Shown: positions 61,800 through 64,000 of the stretch, one piece after another
Layout of the letters: each line of letters begins with the position of its first letter
Numbering within the stretch: the stretch's first letter is position 1
Assembly: GCA_048938855.1 (NCBI GenBank)
Contig: JBHLLT010000001.1
Span: 352,124 to 416,123 of the forward strand
Length of the DNA stretch: 64,000 bases
Direction of reading: 5' to 3'
From: Promethearchaeota archaeon
GTDB taxonomy: Archaea; Asgardarchaeota; Lokiarchaeia; Sigyniarchaeales; SOKP01
Program-made: the position numbers and the translations under genes
Notes under the pieces: model-generated
Seen by the model: only the letters and a program-made list of their open reading frames with translations
Database searches by the model: none
Told to the model about the DNA's origin: nothing

Positions 61800-63036
61800 T
61801 TTCTTCTTGAAATTGTTTTTTAGTATTTTTTTCTTCTTTAGATTCACGGTATTGTCTAACTCTGACATACTGTACAGGATTAGAAATAAATTTTTGCTCT
61901 TCTTGCATTTTTGAATAATATCCCTCTACACATATTTTTAATTTGTCTTGATTTGCTAAACACAAATCATAAGATTTCAAAGATTTGCAGGAATATGGGA
62001 TATATCCTTTTTTAATAGCATATTTTACTTGATAAGTCGTTTTTTCCCTGTCAAAATCGGGTAATGTTGAAAATACATCGATTATTTCTTCTTCACTATA
62101 ATTAAGTGCATTTAGGAACCATAAAATATACAATCGTTCAGTATGAATCAAATTGCGTCCTTCTTTCGCTTTAGAAAGAATTTCTTGCACACAAGGCGGA
62201 AATAATTTTCGGCTTCCCTTTTCTTTTTCAAACTCAATATCTAATCTAGTTTTAAATTCATCTTTCTTTTTTTCCCATAGAGTAGTGATCTCATCAAATA
62301 TTTCTTTAAAACTAGAAATTTTCAATAACTTCTCCTTTAGGATTTTGATATTAGCAAGATTTCTATCTTTTTCTGATAAGATTTTCGTTCTTACATGTTC
62401 TTGTATTAATCTATTAAGGTTTTCTGGTCTCAAATATACGTAACCACCCAATAGAGCATTATTAATTAATTTACGATATTCATCTTTCAGCTTTGATGCA
62501 AGTTTAATGTAATCTATATATGAAATTTTGAAATTAGTTGAATGAATTTCTTGTAAATCTTTTACTGTCTTCTTTTTATATATTGTAGGTTGTGCTTCAT
62601 AAAGAATTTTATAATCCAAATCTTTATAAATGAAGTCTAAGATGAAATCATTTTCTTTATTCAATTGATTGTAAGTTGCTTTTGAATAGAGGTTAGCAAC
62701 TCGATTTGAAATTGATTTATTATCTAAAACATAAAGTAAAATTCGTAGAATTATATAGAGATCAATATTAAGATCGTCTTCAATACCTTCTGGTATAGTT
62801 TCAATATTATCGAAAGCAGCGAGGAAGATATTCAAGGTTTTAGCTCTCAGAATATCAATTTCATCAGATGAAAAAATTTCTTTGATGAAATCTGCAGCAT
62901 CTCCAAATGAATCATCAGCTTCAATTTCTTGGTTTAAAGTCCCTTCTTCGTTAACATTTGATTTTGCTCTATTGTAGTATTTATCTTTAGATGGGAGCCA
63001 AGGGTATCGTTTTATTATATCGAAAATATTACTCAT
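61792..63036 (-). CDS. priL: DNA primase large subunit
   Basis: YPW, LINNALLGGYVY, FPPC, PDFD...YQV, PYSC, C...NP Fe-S domain. Confidence 0.9.
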   Translation of the reverse strand: MSNIFDIIKRYPWLPSKDKYYNRAKSNVNEEGTLNQEIEADDSFGDAADFIKEIFSSDEIDILRAKTLNIFLAAFDNIETIPEGIEDDLNIDLYIILRILLYVLDNKSISNRVANLYSKATYNQLNKENDFILDFIYKDLDYKILYEAQPTIYKKKTVKDLQEIHSTNFKISYIDYIKLASKLKDEYRKLINNALLGGYVYLRPENLNRLIQEHVRTKILSEKDRNLANIKILKEKLLKISSFKEIFDEITTLWEKKKDEFKTRLDIEFEKEKGSRKLFPPCVQEILSKAKEGRNLIHTERLYILWFLNALNYSEEEIIDVFSTLPDFDREKTTYQVKYAIKKGYIPYSCKSLKSYDLCLANQDKLKICVEGYYSKMQEEQKFISNPVQYVRVRQYRESKEEKNTKKQFQEENE

Positions 63037-63185
63037 TATCTAAAATTTCTCTGCTTTGTTTATAAAATGATTTGGTGTTTTAAACCATTAATAGATTAAG
63101 AGTAGATTAATTTACTGATAATTTTAATAAATCTATTAACAAACTAATAAATCATAAAGGGGGAAAGTTCCGACTATAATCATTT

Positions 63186-64000
63186 TCATGTTGAATGATG
63201 TTTTATCTTGAGTGCGTCATATCCTAATTTGTTGAATTGACACTCTTTTATACAAACCGAGCAGCCATGATTCTCTACAAAATAAGGAAAGCATTTTTCG
63301 GTTTCTATATGGCTTATTAATCCATTGTTTTGTTCAATTGAAACGGTTTTTATTGCTGATGTAGGACATTTACTGATACATACTCCGCATTTTTTACACC
63401 AATCTTCAATCCAGCTATGAGGGTTATCAATTGAGTAGGGTAAATTCTCAATAGATGTAAATACCGTAGCTATCCGCATCCTAGGGCCATATTTAGGGGT
63501 AATTATCATTCCATGACGTCCCTGCCATCCTAAGCCAGCGATTTTTGCGATTGGAGGAGTGAGTACTGCACCACCTAAAGGATGTATTGGATGCGCTCCG
63601 AATCCATTTTTTCTTAGATAATTTGCGATCTTATTCGTAGCTATTCCAAGATCCCTATATGTACGATGAACCTCATGAAAAGTGTCGTAACTTGGTGCCT
63701 TATCTATTTTCTCCTTATTCATTTCCATTATTAAAACGATACAATTTTTGTATAAGATGTCTTTATTTTGAAAAATATATTTTGGAGGTAGCTCACAATA
63801 CCCAATCATCCCAATTCCCAATGACATAATGAATTCCTGTAATTTTTGAAGTTCATGATTTGATATTGTGGTTTTTGGATTTGAAGGATTTTTATCAATC
63901 TCCTTAAATCCTTTTAAAATTCCTCTTATACTTCCAATTAAAACAGGCAGAATCTTGAATCTGAAGAATTTAGTAGGTTTTCCCTCTTCAATACGTTTAA
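63186..64000 (-). CDS. Reductive dehalogenase/epoxyqueuosine reductase (QueG)-like Fe-S protein, 5'-truncated by window edge
   Basis: AGLGWQGRHG..ITPKYGPRMR, CKKCGVCISKCP, C..CSVCIKEC; frame stays open from 63827 to the window end. Confidence 0.8.
   Translation of the reverse strand, partial: KRIEEGKPTKFFRFKILPVLIGSIRGILKGFKEIDKNPSNPKTTISNHELQKLQEFIMSLGIGMIGYCELPPKYIFQNKDILYKNCIVLIMEMNKEKIDKAPSYDTFHEVHRTYRDLGIATNKIANYLRKNGFGAHPIHPLGGAVLTPPIAKIAGLGWQGRHGMIITPKYGPRMRIATVFTSIENLPYSIDNPHSWIEDWCKKCGVCISKCPTSAIKTVSIEQNNGLISHIETEKCFPYFVENHGCSVCIKECQFNKLGYDALKIKHHST

Noticed and set aside
61800-61868. Lys-rich N-terminal extension of PriS in the ORF track
   Set aside because: It overlaps the priL 3' end; the ATG at 61799 coupled to the priL stop is the more plausible start
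708-62443. Numerous short ORFs antisense or out-of-frame within long genes (e.g. 708-893, 1913-2254, 5106-5393, 14463-14819, 32598-32960, 43964-44338, 62153-62443)
   Set aside because: They lie inside well-supported genes, have shadow-ORF composition (Ser/Phe/Ile/Leu-rich) and carry no motifs
1-64000. tRNA, rRNA, transposase, integrase or viral genes
   Set aside because: No GC-rich cloverleaf or rRNA-like stretch in intergenic regions and no mobile-element motifs recognised by eye; a tRNAscan-SE/Infernal run would be needed to exclude small RNAs

Overview
AT-rich archaeal genomic window. Gene content points to an Asgard archaeon, most likely Lokiarchaeia/Promethearchaeia (inference): archaeal information-processing genes (TFB, aEF-2, aEF-1A, aIF5B, aIF2-alpha, Nop10, GINS, PriS/PriL, RFC-S, Csl4, RpoL, class I CCA enzyme, Taw1, AglB) sit alongside several eukaryote-signature genes (three Rab-like and two Arf/Rag-like small GTPases, a roadblock protein, alpha-solenoid proteins) and bacterial-type uvrBA. 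About 50 CDS. I found no rRNA, tRNA, CRISPR array or transposase by eye. Best novelty candidates: (1) acs transcribed divergently from a CoA-transferase::Pat-type GNAT fusion whose CoA-transferase catalytic Glu is replaced by His, a possible acyl-CoA-sensing protein acetyltransferase controlling Acs; (2) a 1082-aa protein with a degenerate small-GTPase-like N-terminal domain fused to a SNAP/TPR-like solenoid; (3) an AglB/STT3 with five C-terminal beta-sandwich repeats; (4) two genes whose conserved N-termini have no ATG/GTG/TTG but share AAGGTTGA-N6 before a near-cognate codon; (5) a winged-helix insertion in Taw1; (6) an HhH-like/GTPase/coiled-coil/WH2-like protein; (7) an EF-2 with HTQ instead of HRG at the diphthamide site. 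All calls come from motif recognition by eye; no database search was run.
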